Source: Minisyncoccota bacterium
GTDB taxonomy: Bacteria; Patescibacteriota; Minisyncoccia; Phycocordibacterales; GWA1-40-21
NCBI GenBank assembly: GCA_041663045.1
Contig: JBAZRH010000002.1
Location: 193,946-257,945 of the forward strand
DNA length: 64,000 bases
Direction of reading: 5' to 3'
The position numbers were made by a program, and so were the translations under genes. Under the pieces are notes generated by a model, which was given only the letters and a program-made list of their open reading frames with translations, ran no database searches and was not told the DNA's origin. Below are positions 37,144-46,058 of this stretch, piece after piece (the first letter of the stretch is position 1; each line of letters starts with the position of its first letter).

Positions 37144-37319
37144 AACCTTCCTCCTTTTTTCATTTCTTTCATTAAGTGGCGAATTTCTTTCAGTTCACGT
37201 TTCCTTGCACAGCCCGGACAGGCACATGTGCAATGTCTATCACAATGTGTGCCTGATTCCATGCAAAAGTGAAAAGTCTTGCGTTTGCATTTCTTAGGAC
37301 AGTTTTCCTTGCCCTTCAT
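37140..37319 (-). CDS. small Cys-rich protein (59 aa), not in the ORF track
   Basis: MKGKENCPKKCKRKTFHFCMESGTHCDRHCTCACPGCARKRELKEIRHLMKEMKKGGRL; AAGGAGG Shine-Dalgarno sequence for the downstream gene lies in its 3' end. Confidence 0.35.
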   Translation of the reverse strand: MKGKENCPKKCKRKTFHFCMESGTHCDRHCTCACPGCARKRELKEIRHLMKEMKKGGRL

Positions 37320-37504
37320 AATATACTCCTTACCTATTTTGCTTTATTAACGAACGCTTTTTTGACTAAGCACCTTGCTTAATCTTTCTGTATATAGTGT
37401 AGTTTGCTTTTATAAAATAGTCCAAAATGTCGTCAATATACATAAACCTTGCATAAATATGCCTATTATGATAGTATTTATGTTGTCGACTGTATCGACA
37501 GAAT

Positions 37505-38269
37505 ATGGAAAATAATCATTACATTGAGATATTGAAGGAAATCGGGCTATCAGAGCATGAAAGTGCAGTGTATTTTACTATGGTTTCCCTTGGTCCTTCA
37601 CCAGTGCTTAAGATCGCCAGAACTTCAGATGTAAAAAGGACTACAATCTATTCGGTTATTGATTCATTGAAAGAGAAGGGTCTTGTCAGGGTAGAACTGA
37701 AAGGTTTCAAAAGTCTTTTTGTTGCCGAAAGTCCGGAAAAGCTGGAGGGAATACTTGAACAGAGAAAAAATAAATTCAAAAAGCATTTGCTCGACTTTAT
37801 GCAGATTTATAATAAAGGTGGTGGCGAGTCTCTTATCAAAATCTATGAAGGACTTGAAGCGGTGAAGGGGGTATACGAGAGTTTGATAAATGATATAAAA
37901 AATGGAGAAGATTATCTGATTGTATCCGATGCAGAGAAATGGTTTGCACTTGATAGAGATTATTTTATGGATTTTACCGAAAGGAGATCTAAATTACCGA
38001 TAAAGATAAGAATGCTTATTCAAGATAATGAAGATGCTCAATATTTAAAAAAATATCAGAAAAATTTTAACTATACGACGAGGATTTTGCCAAAAGAGAC
38101 AAAACTCACGACGAATTTGATCGTAACTCCGCAAAAAGCCGTGGTGCACCAGCTCGTTCCGCCGATAATGGCTATTGTGATTGAAAATAAAAATATTATC
38201 AAAATGCATCAAGAGATGTTTGAGGTGATGTGGAAGTCGCTCGAAGATAAGGAAAGTGTGGGGGATTAG
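37505..38269 (+). CDS. TrmB-like transcriptional regulator
   Basis: wHTH ILKEIGLSEHESAVYFTMVSLGPSPVLKIARTSDVKRTTIYSVIDSLKEKGLV. Confidence 0.55.
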   Translation: MENNHYIEILKEIGLSEHESAVYFTMVSLGPSPVLKIARTSDVKRTTIYSVIDSLKEKGLVRVELKGFKSLFVAESPEKLEGILEQRKNKFKKHLLDFMQIYNKGGGESLIKIYEGLEAVKGVYESLINDIKNGEDYLIVSDAEKWFALDRDYFMDFTERRSKLPIKIRMLIQDNEDAQYLKKYQKNFNYTTRILPKETKLTTNLIVTPQKAVVHQLVPPIMAIVIENKNIIKMHQEMFEVMWKSLEDKESVGD

Positions 38270-38397
38270 TATGGGGAAATACAAAGAGGGGTTTTTGCTT
38301 CGCAAAAACCCCTTTGTATTTTGTCCACATCTTATGTATTGACAATGTAATGACATTGTATATACTTATATTGTTATTGAGATAATTAATAAATAAT

Positions 38398-38667
38398 ATG
38401 ACTACAACAGTTCAAATAAGAATAGATGACAAAATAAAAAAGGAAATTCACAAACTTTATAAAAGTCTTGGTTTAGATATTTCTTCTGCTACGAAGATGT
38501 TTTATAGTCAGTCTTTGATGATGAAGGGTATTCCTTTTCAACCAAGAACCGCGAATGGTTTTACTCCTGAATATGAGGCTAGGATTATAAAGGAAACTGA
38601 ATGGGCAGAAAAACATGGTAAAAGATACAAAACTGTTGAGGAAATGTTTAAAGCATTAAATAAATAA
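38398..38667 (+). CDS. dinJ: type II antitoxin, RelB/DinJ family
   Basis: 89 aa; VQIRIDDKIKKEIHKLYKSLGLDISSATKMF. Confidence 0.6.
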   Translation: MTTTVQIRIDDKIKKEIHKLYKSLGLDISSATKMFYSQSLMMKGIPFQPRTANGFTPEYEARIIKETEWAEKHGKRYKTVEEMFKALNK

Positions 38668-38668
38668 T

Positions 38669-38947
38669 ATGCTCGAACTAGTATTTTCTAGACAGTATAA
38701 AAAGGCTTTCAAGAAAGTTATGAGATCAGGGAATTTCGACAAAGATAAATTAATGATATTAGTGGGGATATTAATGAAAGAGGAAAAATTAGATGAAAAA
38801 TACAAAGATCATGCACTAAATGGACCGCTTTCGGAGTACAGGGATTGTCATGTCTGTAATGATTTAATCTTAATATACAAAGTTAATAAAACTCTGGGGA
38901 CACTAACCCTTTCAAATATCGGCAGTCATTCGGATTTGTTTGAATAG
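38669..38947 (+). CDS. yafQ: type II toxin, YafQ family (RelE-like mRNA interferase)
   Basis: 92 aa; YKDHALNGPLSEYRDCHV..DLILIY collinear with YafQ; gene 1 nt after the dinJ stop. Confidence 0.65.
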   Translation: MLELVFSRQYKKAFKKVMRSGNFDKDKLMILVGILMKEEKLDEKYKDHALNGPLSEYRDCHVCNDLILIYKVNKTLGTLTLSNIGSHSDLFE

Positions 38948-38999
38948 GCGAGAGCATAAGAAAAAAACAACCGAAGTTCGCCATGGCGAACCTCGGTTG

Positions 39000-39392
39000 T
39001 TATGTTGTCTGTTTGGGCCATTTTGGACTTTTCACCGCCCATTCTATCTCATACATTGCATGTATATGAGACCAATATCTTCCTCCACATGCGGTACATC
39101 GCCATACAAAGGCTCCAAGATCCCAACAGATGTCTGCTCTCCATGGGGGATCGGTTGTGTAACCCACAACTCTTTCCATGAAATCTCTTGACCCACTATC
39201 TTGGTGACAATGTGGACATTGGTTCGGTCCGTGATCCTCTTTTCCAGTACAGCCTTCTCCCCAAGTGTTCAGCTGAGCTAAAAGCTCGGGATCGACTTCC
39301 TGTCTTGTTTCTAATGTCATAAAAAGACCTCCTTTTTCTAAATTGATACTACTACGACAATATCTAATTGTCAAATTTATAAAAATAAACAA
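39000..39392 (-). CDS. hypothetical Cys/His-rich protein (G+C above flanks)
   Basis: CPHCH...CTAC putative zinc site; probable start MTLETRQ. Confidence 0.4.
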   Translation of the reverse strand: MFIFINLTIRYCRSSINLEKGGLFMTLETRQEVDPELLAQLNTWGEGCTGKEDHGPNQCPHCHQDSGSRDFMERVVGYTTDPPWRADICWDLGAFVWRCTACGGRYWSHIHAMYEIEWAVKSPKWPKQTT

Positions 39393-39630
39393 TCGTGCTA
39401 ATATAAAGGCGGAAAATTGCTATCGGCCGAACAAATTCTTATTTGTTTTAGGCCACAATTTTCCGCCTTTTAGTAGTGTGTTTGGTCTCTAAATAAGCAG
39501 GTTTTATCCGCCTTAGGTGGATTGATCTGAAATTTGGAGAGCAAACTATAATTTTCTGGATTCCAGCCTCCCCAGTGAAATAACAAATCAAATTTCACGG
39601 GGCAAGTCACCGGAATGACAGAGTAAAAAT

Positions 39631-41769
39631 ATGATAAAAAAAGAATTCTCAATGGAGCTCAACGGCAAGAAATTGTCGGCGGAGTTCAATGACCTTGTGG
39701 AGAATGCACATGGGTCTGTTTTGCTTAGATACGGAAATACAGTTATCCTCGCGACAGCTGTTATTTCAAAGGAGCCAAAAATGGGGGGCGATTATCTTCC
39801 GCTCACGGTAGATTATGAAGAAAAGTTTTATGCCTCAGGACAGATTCTTGGTAGCCGATTTATGAAGAGAGAAGGTAAACCTTCTGACGAAGCTATTTTG
39901 TCTGGTCGCGTGGTAGATAGGACTATCCGCCCGCTTTTTGACCAATGGATTCGAAATGAAATACAAGTGGTGGTCACGATTCTCTCCATTGAGGAGGATG
40001 ATCCAGATGTACTTGGAGTTGTCGCCGCGTCTCTTGCTCTTGGAGTTTCAAAGATTCCATTCCACGGGCCAGTTTCAGCTGTCAGAATCGGCAAACACAA
40101 AGCAGATGGTTTCCAAGTAAACCCAACATATACAGAAAGAGAAAATGAAAATTATGAAATTGACCTTATCGCCTGCGGAAAAGACGGAAATATAAATATG
40201 ATAGAGCTTGGCGGAGATGAAGCCCAGGAAAATGTGATCGTGGATGCCATGGAAAAAGCATCTGAAGAAATTGAAAAAATAAATGAATGGCAGAAGTCCG
40301 TCATAAAAGAAATCGGTGTTCAAAAACTTTCTATTCCAGCTCCGGTGATGCCAGAAGAAGTGAAAAAACTTTTTGCAACAGAAATTGAACCAAAACTCGA
40401 AAGCTATGTAATGAGTGGTATTCCTGGCGGGTCAAAAATAGGAGAAATAATGGATATTTGGATGAAACTTGCAGAAGAAAAGCTTCCTGAAGTTGATTCG
40501 CATTTTGCCGAATCTTTATTTGAAGGAAAAGTGGACGAAATGATACACGAGCAGGCTTTGAAAAATAATAAAAGAGCAGATGGAAGGGGAATAGATGAGC
40601 TCCGACCTCTTTTTGCACAAGCTGGCGGGATTTCGCCGATACTTCATGGCTCTGGAATATTTTACAGAGGAGGAACACATATTCTTACCGCACTAACACT
40701 TGGTGGGCCAAGCGATGCACAGATAATAAACGGTATGGAAGAGAGTAATGATGCAAAAAGATTTATGCACCATTACAATTTCCCTCCATATTCAACAGGT
40801 GAAACAGGTAGAATGGGTGGAACAAATAGAAGAATGATCGGTCATGGAGCCCTCGCAGAAAAAGCCCTTGAGCCAATGATTCCAAAACAAGATAAATTCC
40901 CTTATACGATAAGGCTTGTTTCTGAAGCGATGTCTTCAAACGGCTCGACTTCGATGGGATCTGTTTGTGCTTCCACAATCGCTCTTATGGATGGAGGAGT
41001 GCCGATAAAAGCACCTGTTGCTGGTATTGCATCAGGTCTTATGATGGATGATAAAGGGAATTATAAAGTGCTTACGGATATTCAAGGCCCAGAGGATCAT
41101 TATGGAGATATGGATTTTAAAGTTGCGGGGACAAAGAGCGGTGTCACAGCGATACAAATGGATGTGAAAGTTTCTGGTGTACCTATTCCAGCTCTTGCCG
41201 AAGCATTTGAAAAAGCAAAGGCAGCGAGATTAAAAATATTGGATGTCATCTTGAAAGCAATCCCTGAATCAAGGAAAGATATTGCTTCGAGTGCGCCAAA
41301 GATTTTGGTTATAAAGATTAAACAAGAACAAATCGGTGGAATAATCGGTAGCGGTGGAAAGACGATTAAAGAAATAAAAGAAAAAACTGGTGCAGATATT
41401 GATATTGAAGATGACGGCACTGTGTATTGTACTGGAAAAGACGGCTCTGCAGAAAAAGCAAAGAAAATTATTGAGGGGATGACCCATGAATACAAAGCGG
41501 GGGAGAGATATGAGGGAGAGGTTGTGAAGATCACTGAATTCGGAGCTTTCGTGAAGATTGGGTATAACACCGAAGGTCTTGTGCATATTTCTGAAATTGC
41601 GCCTTTCAGAGTGGACAGAGTTGAGAAATATCTGAGAGTTGGGCAGAAGGTGCCGATCATGGTGAAGGGTATAGATGAAAGAGAGAGGGTAAGTCTTTCT
41701 ATCAAAATGGCGGATCCGAAATTGTTTAGTGCGCCAGCTGCGGCTACGCCGATACCGCCAGCGAAATAA
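39631..41769 (+). CDS. pnp: polyribonucleotide nucleotidyltransferase
   Basis: Two RNase PH domains, KH (IGGIIGSGGKTIKEI) and S1 domains; 712 aa. Confidence 0.95.
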   Translation: MIKKEFSMELNGKKLSAEFNDLVENAHGSVLLRYGNTVILATAVISKEPKMGGDYLPLTVDYEEKFYASGQILGSRFMKREGKPSDEAILSGRVVDRTIRPLFDQWIRNEIQVVVTILSIEEDDPDVLGVVAASLALGVSKIPFHGPVSAVRIGKHKADGFQVNPTYTERENENYEIDLIACGKDGNINMIELGGDEAQENVIVDAMEKASEEIEKINEWQKSVIKEIGVQKLSIPAPVMPEEVKKLFATEIEPKLESYVMSGIPGGSKIGEIMDIWMKLAEEKLPEVDSHFAESLFEGKVDEMIHEQALKNNKRADGRGIDELRPLFAQAGGISPILHGSGIFYRGGTHILTALTLGGPSDAQIINGMEESNDAKRFMHHYNFPPYSTGETGRMGGTNRRMIGHGALAEKALEPMIPKQDKFPYTIRLVSEAMSSNGSTSMGSVCASTIALMDGGVPIKAPVAGIASGLMMDDKGNYKVLTDIQGPEDHYGDMDFKVAGTKSGVTAIQMDVKVSGVPIPALAEAFEKAKAARLKILDVILKAIPESRKDIASSAPKILVIKIKQEQIGGIIGSGGKTIKEIKEKTGADIDIEDDGTVYCTGKDGSAEKAKKIIEGMTHEYKAGERYEGEVVKITEFGAFVKIGYNTEGLVHISEIAPFRVDRVEKYLRVGQKVPIMVKGIDERERVSLSIKMADPKLFSAPAAATPIPPAK

Positions 41770-41779
41770 ACACTCACTC

Positions 41780-41874
41780 AATACCGCCCTTTTTGGAACA
41801 CGCATAATTTTCTGCTGAAAATTTGCTCCCTCTCATGCCGTCGCATTCCGAGAGTTTCCAAAAAGGGCGGTATT
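41780..41874. repeat. 19-bp perfect inverted repeat with 57-nt spacer downstream of pnp
   Basis: AATACCGCCCTTTTTGGAA ... TTCCAAAAAGGGCGGTATT, followed by a second terminator hairpin at 41891..41925 and TATAAT at 41931-41936. Confidence 0.6.
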
Positions 41875-41953
41875 TCGTTCATTAACTAAATTCAGGCGGG
41901 TTTGGCTTCGCCAAACCCGCCTGAATTTAGTATAATATAGTTGATAAACTACC

Positions 41954-43006
41954 ATGAATCCAGAAGATCAAAAAGTTGAAGAAAATAATGTATCTCCGGA
42001 AGTCAAAAGTGCTGTCTCCAGCGAACTTTCTTCTTATATGAACCCTCATCTAAGTACAGACATACCTACAGCTTCTCAATCAACACCAATAGGATCCATA
42101 AATACCAACGCGCCATTTATTGAGCAACAAGGTATAAAGTCTAAACCCATGATCAGGACTTTTAAAAGTGATGTAGAAGAGACAATACAGTCCCAACATC
42201 TCTCTTCTATAAATATTGCTCTTGCTGAAAACAAAAAGATGATGGAAAGAATACAAAATGCCGAGTTTGAACAAAAAACAGCAAAGAAGAATTATACTAT
42301 TTTAATAATCAGTACAATATTTATTGTGGGTGGCATCTTGGCATTTGCTGTACCATACTTTTTGGTAAATAGACAAAACACAGCTCCGGTTGTGCAGGTA
42401 AAATCAACAATGATAATAACTCCAGATCTTGATGAAAAGATAAATGTGGATGGATTAAATTTAGATAGAATCGCCTCTACTTTGTCTGAAAGAGTAGAAC
42501 AATCGTCAATACGACTTGGAGGTATTAAAAATCTTTATCTTACCGAAGGTCAAGCTGTAAATGAAAAGACTATAGATACTACAAAATTCTTATATCTTAT
42601 AAAATCACACACTCCCCCTGAAATACTGAGGACATTAAAACCTGAATATATGTTTGGAATGCATAATTTTAATGGAAATCAGAGATTTCTGATATTAAAA
42701 GTAGGTTCCTACGAAAATTCTTTCTCTGGGATGCTTGCTTGGGAGACAAATCTTTGGTCAGATTTTAAGACCTTATTTGCATTACCCACGATTATACAAA
42801 GCGGTCAGATAAAAGGTATTGAAATAGCGACATTTCAAGATGCGATATATAGTAATAAAGATAGCCGTGTAGTAAAAAATTCTTCCGGAAACATTATGTT
42901 CCTATATTCGATAATAGATAAAGATACTATTGTTATTACTACGAATACAAAAACTTTGAATGAAATAATTTCAAGAAGCTTGAAAGCACAGACGGTTACA
43001 CAGTAG
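41954..43006 (+). CDS. hypothetical single-pass membrane protein
   Basis: 350 aa; one TM helix at ~115-140. Confidence 0.5.
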   Translation: MNPEDQKVEENNVSPEVKSAVSSELSSYMNPHLSTDIPTASQSTPIGSINTNAPFIEQQGIKSKPMIRTFKSDVEETIQSQHLSSINIALAENKKMMERIQNAEFEQKTAKKNYTILIISTIFIVGGILAFAVPYFLVNRQNTAPVVQVKSTMIITPDLDEKINVDGLNLDRIASTLSERVEQSSIRLGGIKNLYLTEGQAVNEKTIDTTKFLYLIKSHTPPEILRTLKPEYMFGMHNFNGNQRFLILKVGSYENSFSGMLAWETNLWSDFKTLFALPTIIQSGQIKGIEIATFQDAIYSNKDSRVVKNSSGNIMFLYSIIDKDTIVITTNTKTLNEIISRSLKAQTVTQ

Positions 43007-43041
43007 TTGCTCGTATTATTTAATCTGATACAATTTCTTAT

Positions 43042-43401
43042 ATGAATATAGATACAAAAAGATATAAATTACAGTTGGAAAAAGAGTTTAAACTTGTAGA
43101 AGGTGAACTTAGAGCGATAGGGAGAAAGAATCCTTCAAACCCAGCCGACTGGGAAGCGGTTGAGACAGAAATAGATTCTGATCATGCAGATGTAAATGAT
43201 GTGGCAGACAATATTGAAAGTTACGAGGAGAATCGTGCCGTATTGTCTAAACTAGAGAATCAGTACAATGATATCAAAGATGCGCTGAAGAGAGTTGCTG
43301 ACGGTACTTACGGCAAGTGTAGTGTTTGCGGGGAAGAAATTCCAGAGGCAAGACTAGAAGCGAATCCGAGCGCGAAGAATTGTATAAAGCATACGAAATA
43401 A
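43042..43401 (+). CDS. DksA/TraR-family C4 zinc-finger protein
   Basis: CSVCGEEIPEARLEANPSAKNCIKH. Confidence 0.7.
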   Translation: MNIDTKRYKLQLEKEFKLVEGELRAIGRKNPSNPADWEAVETEIDSDHADVNDVADNIESYEENRAVLSKLENQYNDIKDALKRVADGTYGKCSVCGEEIPEARLEANPSAKNCIKHTK

Positions 43402-43452
43402 TATTTAAAATACAATGGGGGGCGCGAAGCGCCCCCCCATTGTATTTTTCTT

Positions 43453-43767
43453 TTACATTGGAAAATCATCCAACATTCCATCCCCAACCATTTGTCTTTC
43501 CAGATTATCTTTTGCCTTTTTAGCCGATTCAATATTAGCCTTAATCGTTGATGTATCTTTTTTATCTCTTATCGCTTTTAATAAAGCCATTTCTAAATCA
43601 ATAATCTCTCTATTTACAGTAATAAGAGATTTCTCTATTCTCTCTCTTTCTTCAGCATCTGGCAATTTTGTCCCGACTTCTTCATTCATAATACAACTAT
43701 AATAACTCTTATATAAAATATAGGCAAATCCACTTTTATATATGATATAATATTTCTTGTTATTCAA
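43453..43767 (-). CDS. hypothetical coiled-coil protein
   Basis: ORF, ~80-104 aa. Confidence 0.35.
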   Translation of the reverse strand: MNNKKYYIIYKSGFAYILYKSYYSCIMNEEVGTKLPDAEERERIEKSLITVNREIIDLEMALLKAIRDKKDTSTIKANIESAKKAKDNLERQMVGDGMLDDFPM

Positions 43768-43795
43768 TTTAATTGAAGCGGATTTATCCGATCAA

Positions 43796-43875
43796 CCCCA
43801 GTGAAATATGCCATCTACGTCGGCATTTCACGGGGTGATGATTTTTATATTCGCTTCACTCATTAAAAATCAATC
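43796..43875 (+). promoter_or_regulatory. duplicated structured upstream module (copy 2), abutting the comM/yifB start
   Basis: CCCCA-GTGAAAT-AT-GCC...GGC-ATTTCAC-GGGG hairpin then TGATGATTTTTATATTCGCTTCACTCATTAAAAATCAATC-ATG. Confidence 0.5.
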
Positions 43876-45477
43876 ATGTCCTTTGCAAAAACTTTTAGCG
43901 CACAGACCGTCGGTTTGGGTGCAGAAATTATTGATGTAGAAGTTGATTTATCAAAAGGTTTACACTCCTTCTCTATTGTGGGCCTCGGAGATAAAGCAGT
44001 AGAAGAGTCACGTGATAGAGTTTCGGCTTCTATTAAAAATTGCGGTTACAAATCTCCTAAAAATAAGAATCAGAAAGTTGTTGTTTCACTAGCTCCAGCA
44101 GATGTTCGCAAAGAAGGTCCGGCTTTTGACGTAGCCATATCACTTGCATACCTTTTGGCGGATGGGGAGATCAAATTTGATTCAAAGAAGAAACTTTTTC
44201 TTGGCGAGCTTTCTCTTGATGGCAAACTTAGGAAAATAAATGGCGTTTTGCCGATTGTGGCAGAGGCAAAAAGGCGAGGTTTTGAGGAGGTCTTTTTGCC
44301 AAAAGAGAATACAAAAGAAGCAGCGCTAGTCTCTGATATAAATATTTATGGTGCAGAAAATCTGGGGCAGATAATCGGCCACTTGGATGAAGGCGATGCT
44401 CCAAGAAAAGGGAAGTCAAGAGAAATTGACCCAGAGACTTTTGAAGCAGAAGATGAATTTATTTCGCAGAAAATAAATCCAGAACCGCAGACAGAGATTC
44501 TCGTAGAAGAAGACGAAGCTATAATAGATTTTAGTGAAATCAAAGGTCAGGAAACTGCCAAAAGAGGGCTTGAAATAGCCGCCGCTGGCGGACACAATAT
44601 CGCTATGTATGGGCCACCGGGGACAGGCAAGACAATGCTTGCAAAAGCATTTAGTCATATTCTTCCACCACTTTCTTTCGATGAAATACTGGAGATAACA
44701 GCCATACATTCTGTGTCTGGAAATCTGAAAAAAGATATTATTTCGAAACCTCCCGTCCGCGCACCACATCATACCTCTTCTTATGTTTCACTTGTCGGTG
44801 GAGGCACAGTGCCAAAGCCTGGGGAGGTGACACTTGCTCATGGCGGAGTGCTTTTCTTGGATGAATTTCCAGAATTTGATAGGAAAGTTATTGAAGCACT
44901 CCGTGAACCACTTGAAGAAGGGGAGATCACTATCTCTCGTGCCCGAGGTTCACATGCTTTCCCTGCCAATTTTATTCTCATCGCCGCCATGAATCCGTGC
45001 CCTTGTGGAAACTTTGGCTCAAAGACAAAAGAGTGTATTTGTAAGCCGACAGATTTGCTTCGATATCAGAGGAAAATCTCTGGGCCGATAGTGGACAGAA
45101 TAGATATGTGGGTGGAAGTCTCGCAGATAAATTATGAAAAGCTCGGTGAGAAAGAAAATATTAAAAAAGAGACGGCCGATATAAAAAAGAGGGTGACAAA
45201 AGCGAGAGAAATCCAAAAAGAGAGATTTACTGCTGGAAAGAGAAAAATTCGCACAAATAGCGAAATGGAAGCCAAAGATATTTTGAAACTTGCCGACTTG
45301 GAAGACAAAGCTAAAGGTATTTTAATTTCTTCCGCAAGAAAGCTAGATCTTTCTGCTCGTGCATATCACAGGGTTATAAAACTCGCGAGAACCATTGCTG
45401 ATCTTGAAGGGAGTGAAAGTATAAAGACAAATCATATCTTGGAGGCGTTGCAGTATAGGCCGAAGAGGAATCAATAA
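43876..45477 (+). CDS. comM: Mg-chelatase-like AAA+ ATPase YifB/ComM
   Basis: N-terminal Lon-like domain, Walker A GPPGTGKTML, C-terminal Mg-chelatase region. Confidence 0.85.
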   Translation: MSFAKTFSAQTVGLGAEIIDVEVDLSKGLHSFSIVGLGDKAVEESRDRVSASIKNCGYKSPKNKNQKVVVSLAPADVRKEGPAFDVAISLAYLLADGEIKFDSKKKLFLGELSLDGKLRKINGVLPIVAEAKRRGFEEVFLPKENTKEAALVSDINIYGAENLGQIIGHLDEGDAPRKGKSREIDPETFEAEDEFISQKINPEPQTEILVEEDEAIIDFSEIKGQETAKRGLEIAAAGGHNIAMYGPPGTGKTMLAKAFSHILPPLSFDEILEITAIHSVSGNLKKDIISKPPVRAPHHTSSYVSLVGGGTVPKPGEVTLAHGGVLFLDEFPEFDRKVIEALREPLEEGEITISRARGSHAFPANFILIAAMNPCPCGNFGSKTKECICKPTDLLRYQRKISGPIVDRIDMWVEVSQINYEKLGEKENIKKETADIKKRVTKAREIQKERFTAGKRKIRTNSEMEAKDILKLADLEDKAKGILISSARKLDLSARAYHRVIKLARTIADLEGSESIKTNHILEALQYRPKRNQ

Positions 45478-46058
45478 GAACTCCCTCGCATCACCACTTT
45501 TCTGTGCGGAGAATTTCCCAGCGGAAATTCTCCTAATCCTCGGCGGTTTCCGTCGTGGTATACTTTTGTTTCAAGACATACTTTCAACAAAATTACACCA
45601 CGCCGTACCGGCAAACTCGCCTGCGGACACAGAAAAGTGGTGATACTCGGTCGTAGACTTGCAGATACTGAGAAGTGTTCTGATTTTACTTGGGGTTCTC
45701 GGCAATGATGAAAAATGGTGATATTCGCTCGCTTACAGAATTTGGAGGTCTCTCCTCTCTGGTAATTTTGCCTGCCCCGTAGTGAGCTTGCTCTACTACT
45801 TGGGGAGGTGAGACCTCCGAATTGCCACCCCTAACAAAAATATTTTCAATGCAAATCCTCGCTCGCTTATGGAGGGGCAAATCCCTTGACGCACTGTCAT
45901 AATATGATATGCTTTTATATAGATTTATAGCTCCTTGAAAGATAGTGAGATTAGATTTTTGTGACCAAAATATTGGTTATAAAAATCTAATCTCATTAAA
46001 AAAGAGACAAGACGCTAACGTCAGAGCGAAATCTGGCATAACGCAGAAGAAAGAAAGG

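Noticed and set aside
45945-46058. N-terminal 38 codons of the track ORF 45945..46991
   Set aside because: They span a 15-bp inverted repeat in AT-rich sequence and are followed by a much better start (AAAGAAAGGA then ATG at 46059), where the G+C shift begins.
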